Shown one piece after another: positions 1-12,000 of a DNA stretch of 64,000 nucleotides; position 1 is the first letter of the stretch, and each line of letters opens with the position of its first letter. The notes below the pieces were generated by a model that had not been told where the DNA came from, searched no databases, and saw nothing but the letters and a program-made list of their open reading frames with translations. Made by a program: the position numbers and the translations under genes. The stretch is taken from contig OZ025709.1 of NCBI GenBank assembly GCA_964019335.1, positions 434,001 through 498,000 of the forward strand, written 5' to 3'. This DNA is from Diplonema japonicum (taxonomy: Eukaryota > Protista > Euglenozoa: Diplonemea).

Positions 1-604
1 GGGGGGATGAATTTATTGCACTAATAAAATCCATTGACGCAGGATCTGTTCTCTTTCCCCCCCCCCCTTTTTCCCTTCCCCGTTCTCTTCAGGTGTCTCT
101 CTGAAGGGGGGGGGGAGGGAAAAGAAGGCTTGGTAACAAAAAAGGGGGGTGTGCGAAGGAGATAATTCACTACAGCTCTTACTCACTGTGGATGTCTGGT
201 GAGATCTTCACACGGCAGATTAGATTTTTTTTTTTAAAAAAAGAATAAGAAAAACAGGGTGGGCAGCAAAGTGCAACAAGGGGAGAACCTACACTACTGG
301 ACATGTGCGTGTTAAGAAAAGAATGGGGGTGGGGGGTAGGAAAACACACTTTTTTTTTATTATATATTTGTTCATCTCTCTCTTATTTTTTTTTCTTTCT
401 GCACAAAAAAAAAAGAAGAAAAAAAAAAAAAAAAACACACTACTTAAAAATGTCTCCGTCACCCCCCTACTTCTTTGCTCCCCACCCCTTCCTACAGCCA
501 ACACAGGGTACTATAGGTATTCTTCTGAACCCTTCCCTTCTTTTTTTTTCTTTTTTGTTTGTCCCCCCCCCCCCCCCCCCCCCCTCTCGTTCCGTCCTCT
601 TTTT

Positions 605-2169
605 CTAGTTGCTTTCTTGACTACATGCAAGTTTCTTCAGTTTGTTCATGAAGGTCTGCAAATTTGCGTCGTCAGTGTGGATGACCTATAAAAAAAAAAA
701 AAAAAAAAGTATTTTTTTCTTTGCTCCGCAAACACAAACCTGAGTCTCGGACCCCACGGAGGAAGAAGAGGTGTCGCTGGGGTTGGTTTTGTAGAGGAGG
801 TACCTGGCTTGGCTGCCATATTGGTCACAAATAGTGATCTTGGGGACAGGGAAACGCCTTTCAAGGATTTTGGCCATGTCGGTGTGGGGTGCTTTGAGCT
901 GCTGGCCGAAAGACTCATACTCAGGCTGCTCATGGTACTTCATGTCCCTCCACTCAGCAATGGTCCTTCCATGGTGGATGATGATATCGAAGTACGTGTC
1001 GCACAATAGAATATTGTCATACTTGATACTCTTGGAGTCAAGTAGAACAGGCTGTGCCTCGTTGGTACCGTACTCGTACGCCATGAGCGAGGGCTGCAGC
1101 ATCACCACGCACTGAGGGACGGTTTCCCGGAACAAACACGACCTGAAGAATACAGTCTCGTCAACAGAGCTGTTAAACACCTGCAGGAACTCCGACCGCC
1201 TCAAATGGTACATAAATTGCGGGAACAACGAGTACTGCTGGTCCAGCTGCAGCGAGTCGGGGTCGCCAGGGTTGTAATTCGCAAACTTCTGCACGAACCG
1301 GATCAGCAACCTGTCCACCCATCGTAAAGTTGGCGGCAACGTGTTCCCGCTTTGTTCCATGTACTTCGCTGCCATCCTTCCGATAACACTTGCTGCCGTC
1401 ATCTGGTCGAAGGCGTAGACAGCGTTCATGACTGATTTGTGCGATGATTGTGCGATTTGCTGGCAGGTTGTGGTCACTCTTAGGCGTCGCACCCCGTTGC
1501 AGTCTACGAAAGACGTGATGAACTGCGCCAACCTGTTCCCCGATGAAGGGCTCTGTCCTTCCTCTTCCGGATCGAATACAACGCAGAAGCTTGTGTTTTG
1601 GTCTATCGTCGCTGTGCTCCATGCGCATGTCCTTGCCTCCCCCACTTCCACCTTGGTGCTCACGTTCGGGCTGCTCTTCTCCAGCCCTCTGCACGGTCCG
1701 ATGCAGCCGGCGATTTTCGTTTCACTCGACGTTTGCACCTCCAGCACAGCGTCAAAGAACATATTGTTCACACCTCTGTCCTCCAGCCGTTGGAACATTT
1801 TTTGCATTGAATTTTTGAACACCGGTGAGTGGAAGGTGTCGCTAGACAGTATGTACCCCCCTGTGTAGGTCACAGCCTCGGACAGCTCCAGCAGACCGAC
1901 CTGCGATTATCATTATTATTTTCTGTATTGTGCGCAGACCTGGTCTAACGATATCATGAACAGGTCCAAGCAGAACCCGATCGCTTTCAGCCTTGTGGCG
2001 ATCCCCTTCCCGAACTCTGTGGCCTTCGCCATGTGCGGCGCCAGCCCGTCCTTGATGTCTGCGTGTGACCGCAGTGTCTCCTCCTCCGACAGCGACACCA
2101 TGCGACCGGGACCCCTTGTGCAAGGCCCTGACAGGAACAGCATCAGTCGGCCATTGTGGTTCACCTTAC

Positions 2170-2200
<31 letters not shown>

Positions 2201-3048
2201 TGTGATTGCCTGCATACGTCATGTCCTGCCAAGAGTTCTGCTGTGGCGACAGCCACTTCGAGTGCTGCTCCTGTGGACCTCTGTGCCCTCTCACGGGGCG
2301 GCACCGGCCACGGGTCGGGCTGCAGGTCTTCCATGATGGACTGCAATGCGATCTCAGCTTCTGAGATCGGCAGCAGCACCTTCCCTTCGACACCTTGCCC
2401 GCTGCCTACCTTTGCGCCCTTCTTCACCCCGAGGTACTCCCTCACCTTGTCTTGTGTGTAGCTGCCTGTCTTTGGAAGGCCTGTGAAGACGACGCACCGG
2501 GTCCCATCGTAGCCTGTCTCCCAGACGGTGACGTGCTGGCCGACGGTGATGAGCCCGACGAGGGAGTCGGGTGGGAGGCGCGTAAGGGACTGGAGGAGCG
2601 CGTCTTTTTCACCTTCGAGCTCACCGGGATTTGTAGCCACGTCAAGGATGTAGATGAACACTGGGGGGGGCGTCTTGACGCGGGGCAGCTCGTACTCTAC
2701 AGTGCAGACGCCCTGCTGGAAGTCGGGGGTGATCTGGTCGGAGCCGCAGGAGAGGTCGTTCCTCGTCCGACAGAAGGGGCACGTCCAGCATCTGCCTGAG
2801 AAGTCAAGCCGGCAGAAACTGTTGCTGACAGCCCCACACTGTTTGCACTTGTTGGGCGCCCCTTTGATAGATGGTGTGGGTGTGTGGCTCTTCAAAGGTG
2901 TGATGACACACGCCAAGGGGACCACCATGTCAGGTATGTACGTAGCCCCGTTCGAGGCGCCCCTGTCCTTCGCGGGCTTGGGGGGGTACGTGTGCCACGT
3001 CCACCGCACCCCGTCGTTGTCTTCCATTGTTTGGAAGTAGTCGGCCAT
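605..3048 (-). CDS. SEC23: COPII coat protein Sec23, 4 exons: join(605..685,740..1900,1940..2170,2218..3048)
   Basis: EDNDGVRWTW N-terminus, zinc finger CKQC..WTCPFC, vWA trunk RSTGAALEVA, FPQFMYHLRRSEFLQVFNSSVDET, GSQARYLL. Removing three GT-AG introns (2171-2217, 1901-1939, 686-739) joins the ORF pieces in frame and ends in VIHTDDANLQTFMNKLKKLACSQESN*. Confidence 0.95.
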
Positions 3049-3691
3049 CGATAATCCTGCCCTGCCCCTGCTATGTGTGATTTAGTTTTGAAAAAAAAAA
3101 AAAAAAGAACGAAAAGAAAATCACCACTAAGGGGACCCCCCCCACAAATATCTAAAAGATTTAAATAAACGAGGGAAAGGGAGGGGTCTTTTTTTCCTCT
3201 TTATTTCCATAAAAATAGTATCCTAGATCCTTATTTGGGACCAACATCAGCCTCCTTCCAGAGGGGAGGCCGAAAGTTGAAGAGTTTAGCCTTTTTTTTT
3301 TTTTTTTATATTATGAACTCAAGGGTACGGGGAACTGGTTTCAAAAAAGAAATTTGAGGTTTCTTTACATCTCGCAGAATCACAATTACACAAGATGATG
3401 CCCTGCAAGGCGCACCAGCAGTACCAACGCACAGGAAGATCAGCAATAACAACAACAAAAAAGGCGGGAAAAAAAAACCAACAGAAGGCTATCAAGAGCC
3501 ACAATCCATTTTTTTTTTTTGACCTGTCTCCGACCTTTCCTGCACAAAAAAAACCCCCCCTTTTAGGTCAAAACACTGGGGGAAAGGGGAAGAAAAAAAA
3601 AAAAAAAAAAAAGAAAAAAACCTGTTGGTCCAAAGAATAATAATAATAAAGAGGCTAGCTTTCACAAAAAAAAAAAAAAAAAAAAACCTTG

Positions 3692-4462
3692 TTACAAGAT
3701 AAACGTGCGAGTCTCATCCTTGGTGACAGGGAGGGTCTGGGCCAGCTGGTCAGGGTTGGTGTAAAGTTTGAGTGGTGGGGAGTCATCACTGTGCATCGAA
3801 GCGTCTGTGGCCATGTCCTCGATGTCCTTGAGGCGGGTGGTGGCCTGCATGGTCATCTCGTTGGTGCCGAACTTGTGAAACCAACGCACATCCTTCACGA
3901 TAACACGCACCCTGTCAACTCTGATGAACTGCCTGAGCAGCACGAACCAGCAGGTGGGCATGGTCCGGGACTTCAGCGTTACTTTCGACGTTCCGCAATC
4001 ATCCAAATCATCTTCAAACAGGTCAGCGGACATGAAGTGCTGGATGGGTTGGCTGGTGTCCTGCAGCAGTGCGATATCGATAGTGCCGCCCTCTTTGCTC
4101 TCTATTGCGGGGTCTACTCCAGTGAAATTTTGCATTTCGTACGTCCAGTGCAGCCCTGAGTGGAAGGTGTCAACGTCCTTCTTCTTCCATAGGTCGCTGT
4201 AGGTGCACTTCACGTCTTTCGCCGCCTCCTCTTTGCTCACTTTCGCCGCTTCGATCGCCTGCACCGCTGTGAACTCCAACACCTTCTTCCCCTTGTGCTC
4301 CATCTTCAAGTAGTGCCCCTCGAACACCTGGTCCGGGAGGTTCGTCACCTTTAATGTCTCGCAGATCTCATCGTCCCTTTCGCTTGTGAGGATGCCCCCT
4401 CCGTTCCCGCTCTCTATCCGCCACTCGCGTGTCTCGAACACTTCAACTCCTTCAAGCGACAT
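3692..4462 (-). CDS. TIPRL: TIP41/TIPRL-like PP2A-family regulator
   Basis: Motifs LPDQVF, WTY, LFEDDLDDCG, RTMPTCWFVLLRQFIRVDRVRV. The likely start MSLEG follows a CAG acceptor. Confidence 0.9.
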   Translation of the reverse strand: MSLEGVEVFETREWRIESGNGGGILTSERDDEICETLKVTNLPDQVFEGHYLKMEHKGKKVLEFTAVQAIEAAKVSKEEAAKDVKCTYSDLWKKKDVDTFHSGLHWTYEMQNFTGVDPAIESKEGGTIDIALLQDTSQPIQHFMSADLFEDDLDDCGTSKVTLKSRTMPTCWFVLLRQFIRVDRVRVIVKDVRWFHKFGTNEMTMQATTRLKDIEDMATDASMHSDDSPPLKLYTNPDQLAQTLPVTKDETRTFIL

Positions 4463-4830
4463 GGCGACGTGGTCCTGTTGATGGTTGCAGTGGATGCTAG
4501 GGATGCACAAGGGGGAAATAAAAGAGAGAGAGAAAAAAAGGTGCTATAAAAAAGATTTTTTTTCTTCCTTTTTGAGAGAGAGAGAGAGAGAGAGAGAAGA
4601 AAAAGAACGCTCGTTGAAATATGGGAGAGGGCCACAGAAGCAAATCAACTCCAAACTGGAGCGTGTGTTGTTGGAGGCATGCTTCACTGGCGCAAACAAT
4701 CAAATGATGGTAAATATACAGGTACTTGGCCTGTACTGAAATTGATAGAGAGGCAAAGAACACTCATCAATATGACGCTGCTTCTACAGGCGCATCATAG
4801 TTGGTGGTGATGGTCTTTTCTTTCATTTCC

Positions 4831-6048
4831 TTATTCAGTTGAATAGTGGATCAGATACTCAGACGACCAAAGACAGAGTCACAGGCATCAGGAGCACGGT
4901 AGGTGTCCAGACCAACAGTAGCTTTGTATGTCTTGCCCAGCCGCACACGGCTGCAGAACATATAACCCTGTCCCCCTGCGTACTCATGGCACTTGCATGC
5001 CTGGTCACTGAAATATACCCGCACCAAAAAGGTTCTCGTACGAGTCATTCTCTTTAAGCTCCCATTTCTTCAACACCGCCTTCGCACGGACCAACTCCTT
5101 GCTGCTGTGGTACATGCTCCACAAGCTTTCGTCCACCACACGTTCCATCGACTTGATATGGAACTTGACCCTGCATCTTCCGCACACCGTGGAATTCATG
5201 ATGCCCTCCATCCTGACGCGCAGGTCGTCTGCCTCTACCTCTTTCCAATAAGGGGGAAAGATCGAAACATAAGGTGCTACCGGAGCTCCTTCTAGATACT
5301 GCCTCAGGTACTCACTTAGATATTCGCACTCAAGGTCCCTTGCCATCTTCCAAGCCTTCTCGACATCTTCTGGGCTCATGCCCTCAGTGAGCACGTCTGA
5401 GTGGTACAGGTAGCGCTTCAGAAGCTTCACTGCACTCAAGGGATATATGCGGTTTGTCTGCAGGTAGTACTGTGGCTTGTCTGTCTTCTCGAGGCAGAGC
5501 CTGCCAGCACAAGCAGGTATCACGAGCTCCAACACCAAGCGATGCACACGCACGCTCACCTCCTCGTGTTCCTCGTTGTGGGCAAATACGACGGTATCTG
5601 TTTGCTCCTCGTCCGCCTGCAAGAGGGCACCTATGTTTCTGGCCTCAGGTAGTGTCACATCATCACACTTCGGCTGCACATTGATTGCGTCCCACAAGTG
5701 CTCCAGGTCCCTCACGTTTTCGTTGATAGCGTACTGGTTGGGTGGGTTGTCAACCAACCTCCCAGCAGAGCACTTCTTCGGGTACATCAGGGATCCATCC
5801 ACAAGCAGCACGCACTTGACACCCGCAAGGAGCTTCAAGGCAGGATCGGACGAGGCACTTTCGTTCTCGCCAAGCTGCCTGTTCAGTTCCTCGTAGATGG
5901 GCTTCAGAATAGATAAGGACACAGTATTCTCTGCACATATTCTTGACAGGTGCCCAACAATGCCGTCCACAGGTGCCTCCTTCTCAATTAAGCGCTCTAG
6001 CTTGTCGCTGAGCGAGAACGGGAGCAGCAGGTACGACCCTCTTGCCAT
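4831..6048 (-). pseudogene. BTB/POZ + PARP-type ADP-ribosyltransferase region, disrupted; probably the former C-terminus of the sacsin-like gene
   Basis: BTB-like VHRLVL..AVKLLKRYLY..LECEYL. PARP motifs are split over three frames: LFGAGI / YFSDQACKCHEY..MFCSRVRLGK..DSVFG / EYLIHYSTE*. Confidence 0.75.
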
Positions 6049-6056
6049 AAAGACGG

Positions 6057-9000
6057 CTAAACGGCTGAGTAGACATCGTCGACAGCATGGCAGGTACCGT
6101 TATGTGGGAAGATGTCACCCCGCAGGGAGCGGCACCTCTCGACTTCAGCATCCGGAAGTGTGTTGATCGTCTTGAAGAAGGCAGACTGGTACGCCTCGTG
6201 GTCCACGCTGCCTCGTAGCTTGGAGAGGTTCGGCTGCAGTAGGCTCTGCAACCCTTCAAAAGATCTGCAGGACTTCATGCACTTCGAGTAGACAGCAGGG
6301 ATCGAGGAGTCTTGACCGGACATTAGTATCTGCACCAGCGGGTCAGTGACATCCCAGTAGTCGCGCAGTCTCTTCTCACCTACGCGGACCAAGGCAAGGT
6401 CCTTCATGTGCGCCGTCAGGTCCTCTGTTGCAATGAGTTCAAGCATCTCTATAACGTGTTCCTTAGGCAAACATTCATCGAGTGTGAATTTCAAGAGTGT
6501 CTCTGTACACGACATTATGCTCAAATGGGGTTCTTTCTCCAATTCATCGAACCCCTCCTCACAAAGAGCGAAGACAGGAAAGTTATTTCTCAGTATGGCT
6601 GCGAAGCCTACAGTTTTAATTACTTTTTTACGAGACGAACCGAAGCTTCGAAGGAACGTGCATTCCCGTAGCGTGTACTCCTTGTGGTTTACGACAACTA
6701 GCTTCACGTCTTGCAGGTAGGAACTCGCCAGCTTGCCACCAACGAATGCCAGCAGCGCACGCAGCCCTCCAACACCCAAAGCGGAAACGTCAAGCTGGTT
6801 GATGTGCTTTTGCAAAAACGCCGCAACGAACTCCCTTGAGTCCCCCACATGCGATGCCTCGGCACTACCTGGCATAGGATCGCAGCTGAACCAGCAGCCC
6901 ATTCTTCTTAGGGATTGCAGGGGTTCCCGCCATGGCGCTGGTTCTTTTGGAGCAAGCAACGCACAATGTTTTCCGAAAAGCACAGTCTTCACTTTGCTAG
7001 TGTTATCAGCGGTATACCTACACACACGGACTTCGATCTTGTTCTCAAGAACCTCGATCTTGTTCTCAATCCAGTTGTACGGGTTTCGTTCAGAGAAATG
7101 TTTCCAAAATTCTCGTGCATCGATGTCTTGGAGATGGGACACAACATGGTTCGGGTTGCGTGGATCACACAGCCCTGTGCGCTTGGGGACGTCACTAAGT
7201 TGAGTTTTCACAACACTCAAAAAATCAATGGAGTTCAAGATACGATCTTTTGCAAGGACAATGGACTCTGTTCCACTGCTGCAGTGCCAGATGGGCTCGG
7301 AGCGGTGCATGAAGCCCTTCTTACAAAGCACGGGGCACTGCGTGAGGTCGTAGTCGGGCAGGGCCAGGAATATCCATTCAAAGAGCTCTGTATACAGGGC
7401 AGGGTCTGTGAAGGCGGTTTCAATGAACTCGTTGTGCACGCCGTCCCAATGCGGCTTAGTCAAGAAGGGGAACAACTTAAATACAGCTGCCAATGACTCT
7501 GGCACCACCACCAGCTGTGCCTTGTTGTACAGCCATTTCCGTGCCGAGCTTGACAGGTCAGTGTACTCTAATCGTAACGGCTTTTTTGGTGTTGGGGCGT
7601 GACGGCTGTTTGGTGTTGGGGCGTGACGGCTGTTTGGTGTAGTTTGCGTTATTGTTTCACTCGTAGTCGGTGGGCCCACTGAGCCTGACACTTGTGCGAA
7701 CCTGCTGCCCAAGAGCTCCTCTCGGATGTACGTTGCCGCCACAGCAGCATCGAACGGGAGGCTACAATTCTTCTTCTTGTAGCTCAAGGCTAACTTGGTG
7801 AAGATCCCAATATCTCTTTCTGTGACACTGGGCACCTGTGACACCAAAATACGTGCCCAACAGAGAGCGATGTGACTTCCATTCAGAGAACCGAACACAG
7901 CACATCCCGGCAGCACCGTTTGGAATTCTTGTACTTTGTCCGGAAAAACCTTTTGACCCGTTAGCCGTTTCGAACCGCAGAAAGCCACCTGTGTGTTCTC
8001 CTGACGCGCCACCACCCACTCTGTTCCGTTGACAGTGTGCTTCTGGGTGAGGCCGTTGTCTTCCACTTTAACTTTATATTCAGCGTTAGGAAATAACGAG
8101 ACAGGCTCGCCATTCTTACTAGCTGCGATCTTCAAATAACGCACATTCGAGAGGAACACAACTCGGTCTTCGTACTCCTTGATGTCAAGTAGACACTCGT
8201 CACGCAGTTTGAATGAAGTGAATTGCATTGCTGCCAGGTTGTCATTGACGAAGTAGTCCAGCCTGATGCACGTACCCTGCTGACAGACAGAAGAAGCCTC
8301 CCCTGACCAGTATCTGGGGATGCGTGGGTCGTTCTTCAACACGGTGACTGGCCATTCCCTTTTTTTCGCATCTTTGCAGCACATGTTGAGGTAGCAGATT
8401 GTGTCACCGCTACAAACACTTGCGTGGCAGCTGCCGTGCAGCAGCCACCTCCACTCCTCGTCAAAGCGCAACAATGGGAGCCAGTCGGTGATGACGCTGT
8501 CACTGTGCAAGTAAAGTGATGTGTTATAAGCATGCTTTTCTAAACGCCTGCTCTCGGCGTGATTTACCCCCATCTCCAGAATGACCCGCACATCCGTGGC
8601 CTCTGCATCCTCGCAGTACTGCACCCACCGTCTCACGTGTTCAGAAAAGATAGCGTCGTTCTCTATCTCGTTGCTGCGGTTAGCCCGAGTGGTGTGGTAG
8701 TTTTTGTTCTCACATTCCTCCAACAGCGGCAGCGTCATCTCGTTGATGCACAATGTACTCAGCTTGACAACCTTTAGCAGATTCGAGTATGGGATTGCTA
8801 TGTTGTGCAAGCTATGGCGCCCTTCCGGCCTTTCGTCAGCGGTGATGTCTTTAAAATACAGCTGATCAACTGGCCTCAGCACACCTTCCACATCAGGTGC
8901 AACTAATCTCTCGCAGTCCAGTTCAGGGAGATCCGGGAACGACTCAACTGCCTCCAAGCACTTCAACCATATGTTGTTTTGCATTTCTTCAGAACATTTT

Positions 9001-12000
9001 GAAGGGCGCAGTGCAAGCCCTTCAAGGACAGCTAAGTAGTTCCCTACTGACAGCTTCGCTTCGATGTGCCTAAACACGGGGTAGCCACTCATGTCAAGTG
9101 GCAGCTGTGTCACGAAGGGCTCCAGCGAGTCAGCCATGCCATCGCGTGTCACCTGCCAGCTTTCCATGAACTGCCGCAACTTGTCACTCCATATCCACTT
9201 TCCCGACCTCTTCAGCTCCCCGATGGTGTCGTAGTTGCGTTCGCATGTGAGTCTAATGTAGTGCCTCTGTATGACTTCTGCCCTTGCACTGCCATGGGCG
9301 GAGAAGGCGTTGATGCTCTCCACGAGCACTGCGTCCGTGATATTGGCAGACACCCGCACATTGAGGAACCTCTTCAAGAACACATCATCATGCAGACACC
9401 CGAAATCACCCACCACACGCACACACCCCAGGTCATCGTGGTTCCACACCTCTGTTTCTGCTGGTGCAACGAAAGTACCAAACGTGCTGCCCAGCCACGG
9501 CCCCTCCCAGTCGCACGGTTTCTCCTTTACAGGAATGTACTTGATGCTCTGGAGCTTGCGGAACATGGCATTCAAATTGTCCGCAAGATCGTTCGGTGTG
9601 CAGGCTCCAACAGAACGTCTCTTGAGGTAGTCTACGAGTACGTGGGCCGCTTTGACTGGGGACTGCGCCTTCTCTATGTTCTCAGCAGCAGTGAGGATCT
9701 CATCAGGCGCCAGTTGTGTGCGCAGGCCGACCTTCTTCAGCAGACCCTCCAAAGCAGCCTCCTTGACAAGCACGCCGCTGAGCTCGTCTCGAAGGTACGG
9801 GAACTTGTTTTCCATGACGCTCGTTTCGAGGCAGGTTGTCGGGGACACGAGACTTCCTGCGACAGAGGTGACGAACTCCAGTTGTGACACGTCCTTCTTA
9901 ACAAGGTCGAGTGTGTGCTCCAAGTTCAGAACGGTCCGCATGAGATCAGACACCTTCTGCACAGGGATCTCTTTGGCTTCAATCTTTTTAAAAACCGTTC
10001 TCAAAAGCTCTTCCGTCCTTTCGTATTTGGCAATCTTGGACCTGTCCAGCATGACAGCGATGTCGCCCCCCTCGTTCAGCACCCCGGGGAGGTCCAGCTC
10101 CACCAGTTGCTCACGAAGTTCAGCCTCTATCTCAGAAGACATCAGCAGCGCGTTTTCGGGAAGCTTACGCAGAGCCGTGCTTCCACAGACACGCAGCATG
10201 GCCGTTTGTTGGCACAGGTACAGGGTGTAGTGTCTGTTTTCTGCGCGGCTTGCCTGCACGAGCAAGTCTAGAAGATCCCGTGCATGCTTTCCTTCGGATG
10301 GTGCCCCGTGTGCCTTGACACTCTCGACCACTGCCCTCACCGCGTCACTTGGGCTGTCCCCATCGACGAATTTCTCAATCCCTTGTATTCTCGGAACCAT
10401 CTTCACACCTGTCCACCGCAGTACTTCTGACAGTGTGCCATCCTCCTCGGGAAGTAAGTAAGACCGCACACGCTGGTGCAGGGGCTCGAAGTTGAGGTCT
10501 CCGTTGCCATCGTCCACAGGCAGCACAGATAGGTCGTCCAGGCAATGGCTTTGGTTGGAGGCTCTCTTAATTGGCGTCTTTGTGTCGAGCCACGTCCACA
10601 GGATTCGTGCCCAGTCTTCGGTCACCTCAAAACCACCATCCTCGTCAAGGATGCTCGGGATGTCCTCTACCTCAAGCTGCCTTACGAACTTTGAATCTTT
10701 AAGTAAGTACTCCACCTCTTTCAAGCACCTCATCACCTTGCCCGAGTTCAAAGGGAGCACCACTTGTTCCTCCACTTGTTGCGGGAAGATAACTACGTTG
10801 TCCTCGCTGAACGCCTGCACAGTACCGTCGTAAAGGTGGCACAACATGCACCCCGCAAGGTCCTCAACATCGTCAGAACTGCGTGTGAATGTCGAAAGCA
10901 ACCACGCAGCGTCCTCGCGGCAAGGCGCGACCTTTTTGTCTCGCAGCCAGCTTCGTATCACACTTCCACTAAGCCGGGGGGGCGCTTCGTGACAGCATTC
11001 CTCGAGAGCCTCCTGCATAAAGGGGAGGACCGTAACTACTGAGCATCCTATCCTTTGGAAGACTTCCTGTTCTTTCTTCGTGCAGCTCTCTAGTTTTGTT
11101 ATCGGCGGCCACGCCTCGAGCTTCTTGCCGCAACAGGTGTAGAAAATGCCTGGGTGATCCAGAACCTTGTTGTAGAAAGCTTTTGAAAAGTACTGCACAT
11201 GCTCAGCACTGTCACCAGTGTGAGGGAACAGGTGCGTCGGTGTCGTTCCGGTCTGCGAGGCACGCACGGTAATGAGCTCCAGCAGTGCGTCCACAGCATT
11301 GTCCAGGTAGCTCTTGTTGATCTTCGACCACTTCTCCTTGTCGCCTCCGTACCCGTCTTGAACTGCGAAGATCGTGCGCCTGTCGGAGCTTGTCCAGAAC
11401 AGTGCGTCTATGTGTGCCTGGCTCTGCGTCTCGATGGGAAGGGGCAGCCTTGCGAAAAAGCGCCCTTTCTCGTCCGCGTCTTCGCCCGCCGCGTCACACA
11501 ACACGGCGACAGTGGCCCCACCGACGTGGCACATTAAGTATCTGCGTGGAGTCACAACCTCGCCATCCCCTTCGCTGTGCGTGGTGGTGCGGATGGTCAC
11601 GCATTGCGTCCCGTCTGCGTTGTCGCTGCTGCTGCGCACGAGCTCTACCAATGTCCTGTTGTCGCCGTCCCTTGTGACCTCACTTACAACAAGCTCGTTG
11701 AGCGACCTCAGGAAGAGCAAGATGAGGTGCCCTTCGCTCACATGTTTCTCCACCATGCTGCGCCACTGGGTTTCTCCAAACACGTAGTCTCTGATGTCGC
11801 TCTCGTCTGCCTTCTCCTCGCTCCGAACAGGGAGTCTTATCAACGTTCCGTCGAAGTGCCTGTCCTCCCCAAACGAGTAACCCAGTGACTTGTATGGACG
11901 GAACTGATCAGGCCACATTTCCGGGAAGTCCCTCTTGTCCATCTCCAGCTTGATGCCAGGCTTGTCGGGTGTCGCACCGACGTCCTCAAGGTGCTTCACG

